Source: Mobula hypostoma
Taxonomy: Eukaryota
Reading direction: 5' to 3'
Assembly (NCBI RefSeq): GCF_963921235.1
Contig: NC_086097.1
Coordinates: forward strand, 6,076,001 to 6,140,000
Length of the DNA: 64,000 nt
Positions 21,156 through 32,579 of this stretch are shown piece by piece (the first letter of the stretch is position 1; the number at the start of each line of letters is the position of its first letter). The notes beneath the pieces were generated by a model. The model was not told the origin of the DNA. It searched no databases and saw nothing but the letters and a program-made list of their open reading frames with translations. Position numbers and translations under genes: made by a program.

Positions 21156-21976
21156 TTTTCCCAACTACAGATGTTAAACTAACTGGCCTATAGTTACCCA
21201 CCTTTTGCCTACTTCCTTTTTTGAACAGTGGAGTGACATTCGCCGTCTTCCAATCTGCCAGGACCTGCCCAAATTCCAGACAATTTTGGTAAATTATCAC
21301 CAAAGCCTCAACTATAACTTCTTCCATTGCTTTCAGTACCCTGGGATGCATTCCATCAAGACCAAGGGACTTACCTATGTTTAGGCCCACAAGTTTGCTC
21401 AGCACTACCTCTTTAGTGATAGCTATTGTATCGAGGTCCTCACCTCCCATCGGATCCCTATCCTTTCTATTTGGCATGTTAGACATATCCTAAACGTAAA
21501 GACCAACACAAAATTGTCATTACCCAATATCAATTCCCCCTCTCGTCCTCCAAGGAAGCTATGTTCACTTTAGCCTCCCTTTTCCACTTTATATAATTAT
21601 AAAAACTTTTACTATTCATTTTATATTTTGTGCTTGTTTTATAATCTAGCGTCCCTTTCTTTATTGCTCGCTTAGTGGTTCTTTGTTATTTTTTAGTGTT
21701 TTCCCAATCTTCCAGTTTCCCACTACTCTTGATGACTTTGTATGCATGAGCTTTTAGTCTGATGTCTTCTTTTAATTCCTTAATTATCCAAGGCTGGTCA
21801 ATGTGCAAGTTAAAGTTCCCCATGATAATTGCTGTTCCATTCTCACATGCCTCAGCTATTTCTCCGTCTACTGCCTGTCCCACTGTAATGTTGTTATTCG
21901 GTGGCTGATAAACAACTCCCATCAGTGATTTTTTTTCCCTTTACTATTGCTAATCTCTGCCCAGATGGATTCAACA

Positions 21977-22153
21977 TTCTGCTCCTTAAATCTCATATGG
22001 CCCTTGTGGCTATGGGGGTCAGGGGGTATGGAGGGAAGGCTGGGGCGGGGTTCTGAGTTGGAGGATCAGCCATGATCATAATAAATGGCGGTGCAGGCTC
22101 GAAGGGCCGAATGGCCTACTCCTGCACCTATTTTCTATGTTTCTATGTTTCTA
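21977..22153 (+). repeat. Young CR1 3' terminus
   Basis: (TTTCTATG)n tail; nearly identical to the reverse complement of ~37899-38060. Confidence 0.9.
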
Positions 22154-23254
22154 TATCATCTTTCACTATCGCCCTGATCGCATCTTAAATTAAGAGCTCT
22201 ACTCCACCTTCCTTACCTTCCGGCAAATCCTTCCATATTACCTAATATCCTTGGATATTTAATTCCCAATTCTCTCCACCCTGCAACCACTTCTTTGTAA
22301 TGGCCACTAAATCATACCCCTTGGTACTGATTTGTGCCACAAATTCACTGACCTTGTTTCAAATACTACGGGCATCCAAATAAAGTACCCTTACACTCAT
22401 TGTGCTTTTAAAATCTTGTAACCTTTTTCTCTTTCTCACTTGACTTTTCTGCACTCCACCCTTACTTTTCTCATTTTTATCTTTTGTTTTTATTTTATCT
22501 TTATCCACACTTTTTTTCTTTTACTTCATCTATACCTCTCCAATGTGTTGAACCCATCCCCCAACTATTTAGTTTGAAGCCCTATTCAAAGCCCTAGTGA
22601 TGCGATTCTATAGGATCCAGGTTCCACCACAGTTCAGATGGAGCCTGTCCCATTGGAGTAGATCTGTCCTTTGCCAATACTGGTGCCAATTTCTGATGAA
22701 TTCAAACCCACTTCTCCCACACCAATCCTTGAGCCACACATCTAATCTTCCTGACTCAATGCCAATTTGTATGTGGCATCCAGGGATTACCACCATTTTG
22801 GTTCTACTGTTTAATTTAGCCCCTAGCTGCTCAAATTCCCTCAACAGAAAATCTTTCCTCATTCTACCTATGTCATTGGTACCCTCATGGACCACAACAA
22901 CTGAATTTTTCCCCTCCACTTCAAATTCTTCTGCAGATCAGATAAGATGTCCTGAACCCGGGCACCAGGCAGGCAACACAGCCTTCGGGATGTTGTATCT
23001 TCACAACAGAAATCTGTCTATTCCCCTGACTATGTTATCCCCAATTACCACTGCATTGCTGTCCTTACCCCCCACTTGAATGGTTCCATGATCTACAGTA
23101 CCACAGTGAGGCTACTCATCCTTCCTACAGCTGCCACTCTCATCCACACAGAGAGCATGAATCTCAGACCCGTCAGACAAGCTCAAGGGCTGAGGCTCCT
23201 CTAGCACTGTCTCTTGGATCTCACTTCTTGGCTCACTCATAATCATCTTACATC

Positions 23255-24230
23255 CAACATCTACTTATAAACCTGCTGCCTCATCTTCAGCTCTGTCATA
23301 CTGGTTCCCACGCCCCAGACATAATAGTTTAAACCACTCCCAACAGCTCTGGTAAACCTGCCCCTAAGGATATTGGTCCCCCTTGGATTCAAATGCAACC
23401 TGTCCCTTTTGTACATGTCCCTCCTGCCCCACAAAAGGTCCCAATTATCCAGAAATCTGATTTGGAGCCCCTGCTCTAATTCTTCAGCTATGCTTTTATC
23501 TGCCACCTCATTCTATTCCTATCCTCACTATCGCGTGGCACAGGCAGCAGTCCCGAAATTATTACCCTTGAGGTCCTGCTTCTCAGCTTCCTTCCTAACT
23601 CTTTGTATTCTTTTATTCAGCACTTCCTCCCTTTTTCTACTGATGTCATTGGTACCAATATATACCACGACTTTTGGCTGCTCGCCTTCTCTCTTCAGGA
23701 TATTGTGGATGCCTTCAGAAACATCACTGACCCTGGCACCTGGGAGGAAGACTACCATCTGTGTTTCTTTTTCACGTCCACAGAATCACCTATCTGTCCC
23801 CCCAACTATAGAGTCCCCTATTACTGCTGCCATCTTCAGTTCCCTACCCTTCTGAGCCACAGAGCCAGATTTAGTGCCAGTGCCAGTGCCAGAGAACCCC
23901 CAGGTAGGTCGTTCCCCCCAAAAGAACTCAAAATGTAGCACTTATTGCTGAGGGGGACAGCCACAGGGAAGCTCTCCACTATCTGATGTTCTCCCTTCCC
24001 TCTCCAGACAGTCACCCGTTTATCTGTCTCCTGTAGCCTTGGGGTGACTACCCCCCTGTCGCTCCTGTCTATCACTGCTTCACCTTCCCTAACAAGCCAA
24101 AGGTCATCGAGCTGCAGCTCCAGTTCCCTAACACGGTCTCTAAGGAGCTGCATCTCGATGCACCTGGTGCAGATGTGGCCATCGGGAAGGCTGCAAGTCT
24201 CCTGGGAAGAGAACAGAACACTCACTGAGT
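23255..24230 (-). repeat. CR1 ORF1 remnant (Cys motif, leucine zipper, SGNH esterase) of a second element
   Basis: HICTRCIEMQLLRDRVRELELQLDDL, FLPGARVSDV..VVVYIGTNDI, YKRDRLHLN. Confidence 0.85.
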
Positions 24231-24904
24231 AGACATACCCACTATTCTCTCATGATTTAAATAAGAAATAAGGAACAAACTTACCTACTTATCTTGCCTC
24301 TGTCCTGTATTCGCCGAAGCCCTTTTGAGCCAAAGCCTTACAACTCTGCCTCAGACTGCTCCGACAACAACCACTCCCACGATGACCACTCCACTAGACG
24401 GTACCTCTCTTTTACAGAGACTGGCTTTTTAAAGCTCTGCACACCTAATGTGCAGAGAAATAAAACACAAATCATGCACGCAATAAAAGTCAACAAATAA
24501 CGTTCAGAACTGAATTTCATGAAAGTGTGTCCCCAGAGTAATGTAGAAAGGGCCCATGGAGTGGATGTTGGTTTCGTGATGGACCGAGCCTTGTTCACAG
24601 CCCTGTAAATTATTGCGATTTTGAGCAGAGCAGGGGCCATATTAATTTGCAATGCATCCAGACTGTATGCTTTTAATGGTGCATCTATAAAAATGGTGAG
24701 GGCATAAGACCATAAGACCAAAAAAAAATCAATAGTCCCAGCCAACATCCAAAAACCCTGAAAACCTGGGCAACATCTTCCAGGCATGGCGGCAGCTTTT
24801 CCACTCTCCAGTAGCACAGGCAAAGCATAGCACTAAGGTAGATCTGTAGATAAATTAGAATAGGAGAATAATCACATATTATGGTACAAAATCGGGAAAA
24901 TACA

Positions 24905-26515
24905 AGGTATGATGCGACTTAAGCACATGGCATTTCTGGGTTCTCATGGACAGAAGCGACTCAGTGGGTCTTTGCTTATCACACAGAGATTGTGCTGTTT
25001 GCTTGCAACAGCAGCCACACCCTGGTGCACCACTTTGTTAGGCAGGCCAATCCAGGGGAAGGCAGCTAGTGGGTCTTATACCCCAGTGAGGTAGGGACAT
25101 GCTTGTCTGAGCATGTGAAGTTCGCTTTGATGGTCTGGGTAGATGAGATCTACAGTAAGATCCAATGGCCAGGAAGGTGGCTCCACAATGCTTGTTGGAG
25201 AGTGAAGGGCATTGCAAGGTACAGAAAAAGTCAAGGTCATCCACTGCAGCCAAGGAAGACTCCAGTTTGTGATGACTATTTGTACCACTGAAACTGGACT
25301 ACTAAAGCTGAGAGAGTGGAGCTGCCCCAGTGCAACAGCTTTTCCACTTTGCCAAGAAGGCCCACTAGCACCTTTACTTTCTGAGAAAACTAAAGAAATT
25401 TGGTCTGTCCCCTAAAACTCTCACTAATTTTTATAGATGCACCGTAGAAAGCATTCTCCTAGGGTGCATCAAAACCTGGTATGGAAGTTGTGCTGTCCAA
25501 GACCGAAAGAAGCTGCAGAAGATCGTGAACATGGCCCAGCACATCACACAAACCAATCTTCCGTCCGTGGACTCACCTTACACCGCACGCTGTCGAAGCA
25601 GTGCTGCCAGGATAATCAAGGACACGACACACCCAGCCAACACACTTTTCGTCCCTCTTCCCTCCGGGAGAAGGCTCAGGAACTTAAAGACTCGCATGGC
25701 CAGATTTGGGAACCGCTTCTTTCCAACTGTGATAAGACTGCTGAACAGATCCTGACCCGGATCCGGACCGTACCCTCCAAATATCCGGACTTGCATCTCG
25801 GTTTTTTTTGCACTACCTTACTTTCCATTTTTCTATTTTCTGTTTATGATTTATAATTTAAATTTTTAATATTTACTATTGATTTGTAATCCAGGGAGCG
25901 GGAAGTGCAGAATCAAATATCGCTGTGATGATTGTACGTGCTAGTACCAATTGTTTGGCGACAATAAAGTATAAAGTAAAGTAAAGTAAAAGTCTGTCAC
26001 CCAGGTTTCCTGCCATGGTTGGACATGACAGATAATAACCACAAAGACAGATCAAGCTGCAGTCACATGATCACCGAATACTTGGACCATTGGGGTATAT
26101 GTGGTGTCCAGGGAGGGCTAGCACCTCCGCTGGCGGGCTTTGTCATACTCCACCCAGTGGAAGCTCATCCACCTTTTGTCCCCACCTATCTACCGTCCAG
26201 CTCTCACCCATGACTCCAAGTAACTGTTTGCATGTGACAGTAGCCACACCCCAGTACCCACCTTCGACAGGCGGGCTAAACCAGGTGAGGGTAGTCGGGA
26301 AACCCCAGTGCCAGTGAGATAGGGAAGCCAGTTCCAGTGGGCTAGGCAGATGAGATCAACTACAAGATCCAACGGCCAAGAAGGCAGTGCCGCAACATTT
26401 CGTGGAGGACGAAGGGCATGACAAGGCACAGAAGGTGTCATGGGTCTCCACTGCAGCCAAGGAAGTCTCCAGTCATGACAATTTTTCATACCATTGGACC
26501 CAGACTTGTCACTCT
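24905..26515 (+). repeat. Two copies (~24905-25345 and ~26015-26515) of a non-coding, probably RTE-related repeat
   Basis: Both carry agatgagatc..aagatccaa.ggcc..ccactgcagccaaggaag..tccagt. Confidence 0.5.
25350..25992 (+). repeat. Rex1/Babar LINE 3' fragment
   Basis: LPSVDSPYTARCRSSAARIIKDTTHPANTLFVPLPSGRR..RFGNRFFPTVIRLLN; (TAAAG)n tail. Confidence 0.85.
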
Positions 26516-26794
26516 AAAACTCTCCCTGCACAGGTTGATTTACCGTTGGAAATGACGGACACCGACACTAGGGGGCGTTGCTGAGGCTCAGAGGCAGGGA
26601 ACAGTGTGTTTGACAAGCACTGTGAGATGTTCCTGAGCTGTCCACCATCTGTCCATAAGCTAGTTAAACAGTCTCCTTCCACCTTACTTACACTGGATCG
26701 GGCATGCATGTGAATAAACAATTCATGTTCATACTACTGGCCTATTGCCAGCTGGGAAACAACTGAGAAAATTCTAATTTCTCAAAGTGGACTG

Positions 26795-27120
26795 TCACGG
26801 TACCATAACAGTTAGCCAAACACTATTACAGCTCAGGGTGAAAACACTATTAAAGCTCACTATTACAGAGTTCATAGTTCAATTCAAACATCCTATGTAA
26901 GAAAGTTTGTGCCGTCTTCTCATATATGCGTGTGTTTCCTTAGCGTGCCGCGGTTTCCTCTCATACTCCAAAGACATATGGGTTACTCGGCTAATTGGCC
27001 TGTGATTAGACAAGTGTTAAATAGGTGATTTGCAGGGCAGCACGTCTCACTGAGCTGAAAAGGGCCTGCTCTATGTTATATCTCAAAATAAAATTTAAAA
27101 ATTAAAAAATTAAAAAAATA
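26795..27120 (+). repeat. V-SINE
   Basis: gtttccttagcgtgccgcggtttcctctcatactccaaagac V-domain; A-rich tail. Confidence 0.65.
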
Positions 27121-27610
27121 AAAAGATGACGTTTTTCTTCATTCTGTGGAGAAGCTGTCTGGAAGACACTCAAATTCTCTCCAAAAGTGATAATTAATAA
27201 ACAGTTAATAATTGTAATGGAAATGGCCCTTGAGTGATTCTTCAGTCATAACATTTTCTTTTAGCTATTCACAGTTGGAGCTCAATAAAACACCAGCAAC
27301 ATCTCCCATTTCAGTAACGTAGAGCCCAGTATATGAGTGCAGAAGGAAATGAAACATTCACAGCTAAAAATGCAAAGTCTATCTGGTTGCATCACTGTCT
27401 GGTATGAAGACGCCACTGCGAAGGATTGGAAAAATCTGCAGAAAGTTGTAAAGTCAGCCAGCTCTGTCTTGGGCACCAGCCCGCAGCACAGAGGACATCT
27501 TCAAAAGGCAACATCTGAAGACACATACTCAACATTTTCAGAACAGCTTCTTCCCCTCTGGCTTCAGATTTCTAAATGGCCATTGAAACCAGGTACACCA
27601 CCTTACTACT

Positions 27611-27748
27611 GTATAAGGGGCTTATAAAAAATTTTCAACCCTTTGCAAGTTTTCATGTTTTATTGTGTTACAGCATTGAATCACGGTGCATTTAATTTGG
27701 CTTTTTTTGCCACTAATCAACAGAAAAAGACTCTTTTGTGTCAAAGTA
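27611..27748 (+). repeat. Tc1 inverted-repeat fragment, same family as 1-1820
   Basis: ttttattgtgttacagcattgaatcac...atcaacagaaaaagact..tcaaagt matches positions 1-88. Confidence 0.85.
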
Positions 27749-28938
27749 ATTTTCAAAAGGCTTTTGACAAGGTCCCACACAGGAGATTAGTGTGCAAACT
27801 TAAAGCACATGGTATTGGGGGTAAGGTATTGGTGTGGATAGAGAATTGGTTGGCAGACGGGAAGCTAAGAGTGGGAATAAACGGGACCTTTTCAGAATGG
27901 CAGGCAGTGACTAGTGGGGTACTGCAAGGCTCAGTACTGGGACCCCAGTTGTTTACAACATATATTAATGATTTAGACGAGGGAATTAAATGCAGCATCT
28001 CCAAGTTTGTGGATGACACGAAGCTGGGCGGCAGTGATAGCTGTGAGGAGGATGCTAAGAGGATGCAGGGTGACTTGGATAGGTTAGGTGAGTGGGCAAA
28101 TTCATGGCAGATGCAATTTAATGTGAATAAATGTGAGGTTATCCACTTTGGTGGCAAGCAAAGGAAAACAGATTATTATCTGAATGGTGGCCAATTAGGA
28201 AAAGGGGAGGTGCAAGGAGACCTGGGTGTCATTTACACCAGTCATTGAAAGTGGGCATGCAGGTACAGCAGGCAGTGAAAAAGGCAAATGGTATGCTGGC
28301 ATTCATAGCAAGAGGATTTAAATACAGGAGCAGGGAGGTTCTACTGCAGTTGTACAAGGCCTTGGTGAGACCACACCTGGAGTACTGTGTGCAGTTTTGG
28401 TCCCCTAATCTGAGGAAAGACATTCTTGCCATAGAGGGAGTACAAAGAAGGTTCACCAGATTGATTCCTGGGATGACAGGGCTTTCATATGAAGAAAGAC
28501 TGAATCGACTAGGCTTATACTCTCTGGAATTTAGAAGATTGAGGGTGGATCTTATTGAAACATATAAAATCCTAAAGGGATTGGACAGGCTAGATGCAGG
28601 AAGATTGTTCCCGATGTTAGGGAAGTCCAGAACAAGGGGTCACAGTTTAAGGATAAAGGGGAAGCCTTTTAGGACCGAGATGAGGAAAAACTTCTTCACA
28701 CAGAGAGTGGTGAATCTGTGGAATTCTCTTCCACAGGAAACAGTTGAGGCCAGTTCATTGGCTATATTTAAGAGGGAGTTAGATATGGCCCTTGTTGCTA
28801 AAGGGATCAGGGGGTATGGAGAGAAGGCAGGTACAGGGTTCTGAGTTGGATGATCAGCCATGATCATACTGAATGGTGGTGCAGGCTTGAAGGGCTGAAT
28901 GGCCTACTCCTGCACCTATTTTCTATGTTTCTATGTTT
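27749..28938 (+). mobile_element. Young 5'-truncated CR1 (RT C-terminal half)
   Basis: FQKAFDKVPH, SGVLQGSVLGP, YINDL, KFVDDTKL, LVRPHLEYC; single frameshift near 28230; (tttctatg) tail. Confidence 0.92.
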
Positions 28939-28939
28939 T

Positions 28940-30028
28940 AAGCATTTACCAACATTGTACTCCATCTGCCAGACCCTTGTCCACTCAATTAACCTGACAG
29001 ATCTCTCTTCAGACACTCCATATCTTCTGCACAATTTACTTCTCCACTCTATTTAGTATCATCAGCAAACTTAGATACACTACACTCGGTCCTCTCTTCC
29101 AGATCATTAATATGTATCGCGAACATTTGCAGGTCTAGCATCGACCCCTGCGACACCCCACTCACCACTATCTGCCAACCAGAGAAACACCCATGTATCC
29201 CAACTCTCTGCTTTCTATTAGTTAACTAATCTTCTATCCATGCTAATACATCACCCCAACTCAATGCATCCTTACCTTATGGATAAGTTTTTTATGTGGC
29301 ACCTTATTGATCGCCTTCTGGAAATACAAATAAATAACATTCATCTGTTCCCCTCTATCCACTGCACTCATTATCTCCTCAAAGAACGCTAGTAAGTTTG
29401 GCAATCCATGCTGCGTCTGCCTGATGGATCCATTTCTTTCCAGATGCCTCGCTATTTCTTCTTTAATAATAGCTTCAAGCACTTTCCCAACTACAGATGT
29501 TAAACTAACTGCCAAATAGTTACCTGCCTTTTGCCGACATCCTTTTTTTTGAACAGTGGTGTGACATTCACTGTCTTCTAATCCACCAGGACCTGCCCAG
29601 AGTCTGCAGAATTTTGTTAAGTCATCCATCAAAGCCTCTACTATAACTTCTACCGTTTTTTTCAGTACCCTGGGAAGCATTCCATCAGGACCAGGGGACT
29701 TGTCTATCTTCAAGCCCATGAGTTTGCTCAGCACTACCTCTTTGGTGATAGCTATTGTATTGAGCTCCTCACCTCCCATCGCACCCATAACATCTCTCTT
29801 TGGCATGTTAGACGTGTCCTCCACCATGAGGACCAACACAAAGTAGTCATTCAAAGCCTTGGCCATTTCCTCATTACCCAATATCAATTCCTCCTTCTCG
29901 TCCTTCAAGGGACCCACGTTCACTTCAGCCACCTTTTCCTGCTTTATATAATTATAAAAACTTTTGCTATCCATTTTTATATTTTGTGCTATTTTATTTT
30001 CATAATCTAGTTTCCTTTTCTTTATTAC
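28940..30028 (-). repeat. CR1 RT fragment
   Basis: KSPGPDGMLPRVLK..VSLTSVVGKVLE..FQKAINKVPH; shows the empty site equivalent to 17175/21156. Confidence 0.85.
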
Positions 30029-30331
30029 CCACCTAGGATTTTTCTGTTTGGAGCGAAGAAAGATGACAGGTGACTTGCTGGAGGTATTCAAGATAATAAG
30101 AAGCATAGATCAAGTAGCCAGACAGAGACTTTTTCCCAGGGCGGAAATGGCTAATAAGTCAGGGCATAATTTTAAGGTGATTGGAGGAAAGTATAATTGA
30201 GGATGTCAGAGGTTTTTTTTTTACACAGATAGTGGGTCGTCTGCTTACAGCCGCCCAGGAGAGAGGCATTGCAGTCAGTATGCTCCACCAGAGATACTGG
30301 GAGCAGACTGGCATAGTGCCGGCACACTGGA

Positions 30332-30989
30332 TTAATGAGCTAGGAAGAAAATTGTTCCTTCTGACTGCTTGATAAATCATCTGGCCCCATTTGGAACTGT
30401 GTGTGGGAGATAATTCTAAGGTAGTTCCTAATCCAAGGTCCGATCATGCCGAAGTTGGTGCTGCCCCCCCAGTGTTCAATCAGCCAAAGACAAGACGTAT
30501 GGTGTTTCAACTCCAGACTGCCGCAACATTCATGGTCTCGGGGTGTTGGACTATATTTTTTGTGTGACTGTATTTTACTGCTATCTTGTATGTGCTACGT
30601 GTGCCTTGTGCTTTGTGTGACTGTTGTTTCTGTGTTTTGCACCTCAGCCCTGGAGTAACACTGTTCATTTGCCTGTATTTATGGGTATTCATGTATGGTT
30701 GAATGACAATTAAACCTGTAAGGTCTGTTTCTGCACTGTATTACTCTATGATTCTATGAGCAATTATGTTTGTTTTCAGAGAAGGAACATTATCTATTAG
30801 GCTTTGGGCAGAGTCAGCTTAGTTCACTTGGATATACATAGACAGTGAAAGGTTGTTGAACAAGCCTTAGAGCACAATCGGACCTTGGATTAGGAACTAT
30901 CTTAGAATTATCTTCCACACACAGTTCCAAATGGGGCCAGATGATTTATCAAGCCGTCAGAAGGAACGATTTTCTTCCTACCTCATTAA
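30332..30989. repeat. 113-bp inverted repeat pair (30332-30444 and 30877-30989)
   Basis: Manual alignment gives 5 mismatches in 113 nt. Confidence 0.9.
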
Positions 30990-31000
30990 CCCTGTGTGTC

Positions 31001-31526
31001 TAAAACACAAGAAAGTCTGCGGATGTTGGAAATCCAGGTCAACACACGGTGGCATAACAGTTAGTGTGATGCTATTAGAATCTGGGTGCTGGATTCAGGA
31101 GTTTATTTCCACCGCTGTCAGTAAGAAAGTTTGTGCGTTCTTCTCGTGTGTATACAGGGTTTCCTCTGGATGCTCTGGTTTCCTCCCACAGTCCAAAGTT
31201 GTACTGGCTAGTAGGTTAACTGGTCATTGTAGATTTTCCAGTGATTACTCTAGGGTTAAGTAAGTGGGTTGCTGGGCGGTGTGGTTTGTTGGACTGGAAG
31301 GGCCTCTTCCGTGTTGTTTCTTTAAATGAAATAAAATAACTCAAAATGCTGGAGGAACTCAACGGGTCAGGCAGCATCTATGGAAATGAATGAACAGTCG
31401 ATGTTTTGGGCCAAGAGTCTCAATCAGGACTCCCCAGATGAAGAGTCTCAGCCTGAAATGTCAATTGTTTATTCATTTCCATAGATGCTGTCTGACCTGC
31501 TGAGTTCCTCTGGCATTTTGTGTGTC
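31001..31526. mobile_element. Older fold-back Penelope-like pLTR pair, interrupted by a V-SINE (~31048-31340)
   Basis: Diverged inverted arms ~31342-31430 and ~31433-31520 with decayed hammerheads; tail piece at 31001-31047; V-domain at ~31157-31198. Confidence 0.75.
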
Positions 31527-32579
31527 ACTGTGAGTGTCTCCCTCCCTGCTAGTTACATCAAACTTTGCTGCATAACTATTGCTCAGTAAATGAAGAAACA
31601 AGGTATTTCAAAATCAGGAAAGGCCGAGGATCTGAATTCAACTTGATTCTAATGGTTTTTAACTAATTCTCCTTCTTAAGCAGTCAGTGAACAAAACTGC
31701 ACATTTCAAGATGCAAGATTGTTTAATGTCACTTCCAGTACACAGGTGTAAAGGAGAATTGTTACTCCAGATCTGATGCAGCACAAAAAAGCACAACAAA
31801 TATAAATACGTAAGATAGCTTATATCAATAGATTGATTGTGTGCCCATTAAGTGATACTAGATACAGGAGTGTGTGTACACAAGATCACTGAATGGAAAT
31901 GATAAAGTAGTGGTGGTTGGGGGTGTGGAGGGGAGGGTTACTAGGTGGAGGAGTTGATCAGCCTTACTGCTTGGGGAAAGAAACTGGTTTTGAGTCTGAT
32001 GGTCCACAGTGTGGATACTACATTGCCTTCCACCCATAATGTTTTGTATGTTCAGTGCTGTACAGCCATGTTGTTTAGATTCAGCTGGATTTCAATCCCT
32101 AGGACAACTGATAAAATCCCCTGTATTTAGATGTATATATTACAGTATTTACAGAATGGAACAACATAGCTAAACCAAATTGGTACATTGACTGTGCAGT
32201 CAATGTGCTAAGGCAGTTGCCTGCCGATAATGACAGACAGAGACGAGTCTTAATTACCACATTAATTCAATGAGCATAATTATATATGACATAATTAAGG
32301 ATGAAGTGCTGTCTGTTGTGCTTGCAGTTTATGTGATTCCGACAATGTAGATTTGAAAGTTAAAGCACATAAATTTGCATATCTGTGTAACCTAAAATAA
32401 TAAAACGGTGCTTGGTTACTTGCACCGCAGAGAGCAGTCTAATTGCTTGTATCACCGTCTGGTAGGGAGGGGCCACTGCATGGGGCTGGATAAACCTGCA
32501 GCAAGTTGTAAACTCAGCCAGCTTCATCATGGGTACTAGTCTCCCTGCATCAAGGATACCTTCGAAAGCTGATGCCTCA

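Larger units (their letters stand above)
16350..23250 (-). mobile_element. Long decayed CR1 (ORF1 esterase, APE, RT) hosting the solo LTR, the RTE/galectin insert and a young CR1 end
   Basis: HEGTNDI..DRLHLN (22608-22919), GVVYQPPN..MGNFN (21686-21922), WKTANVTPLFKKG..GNYRPVSLTSVVGK (to 21156), YINDL..KFADDTKL (16338-16587). Confidence 0.85.

Noticed and set aside
24338..24823. 161-aa minus-strand ORF
   Set aside because: Non-ATG start, spans unrelated repeat fragments, no domain motif.
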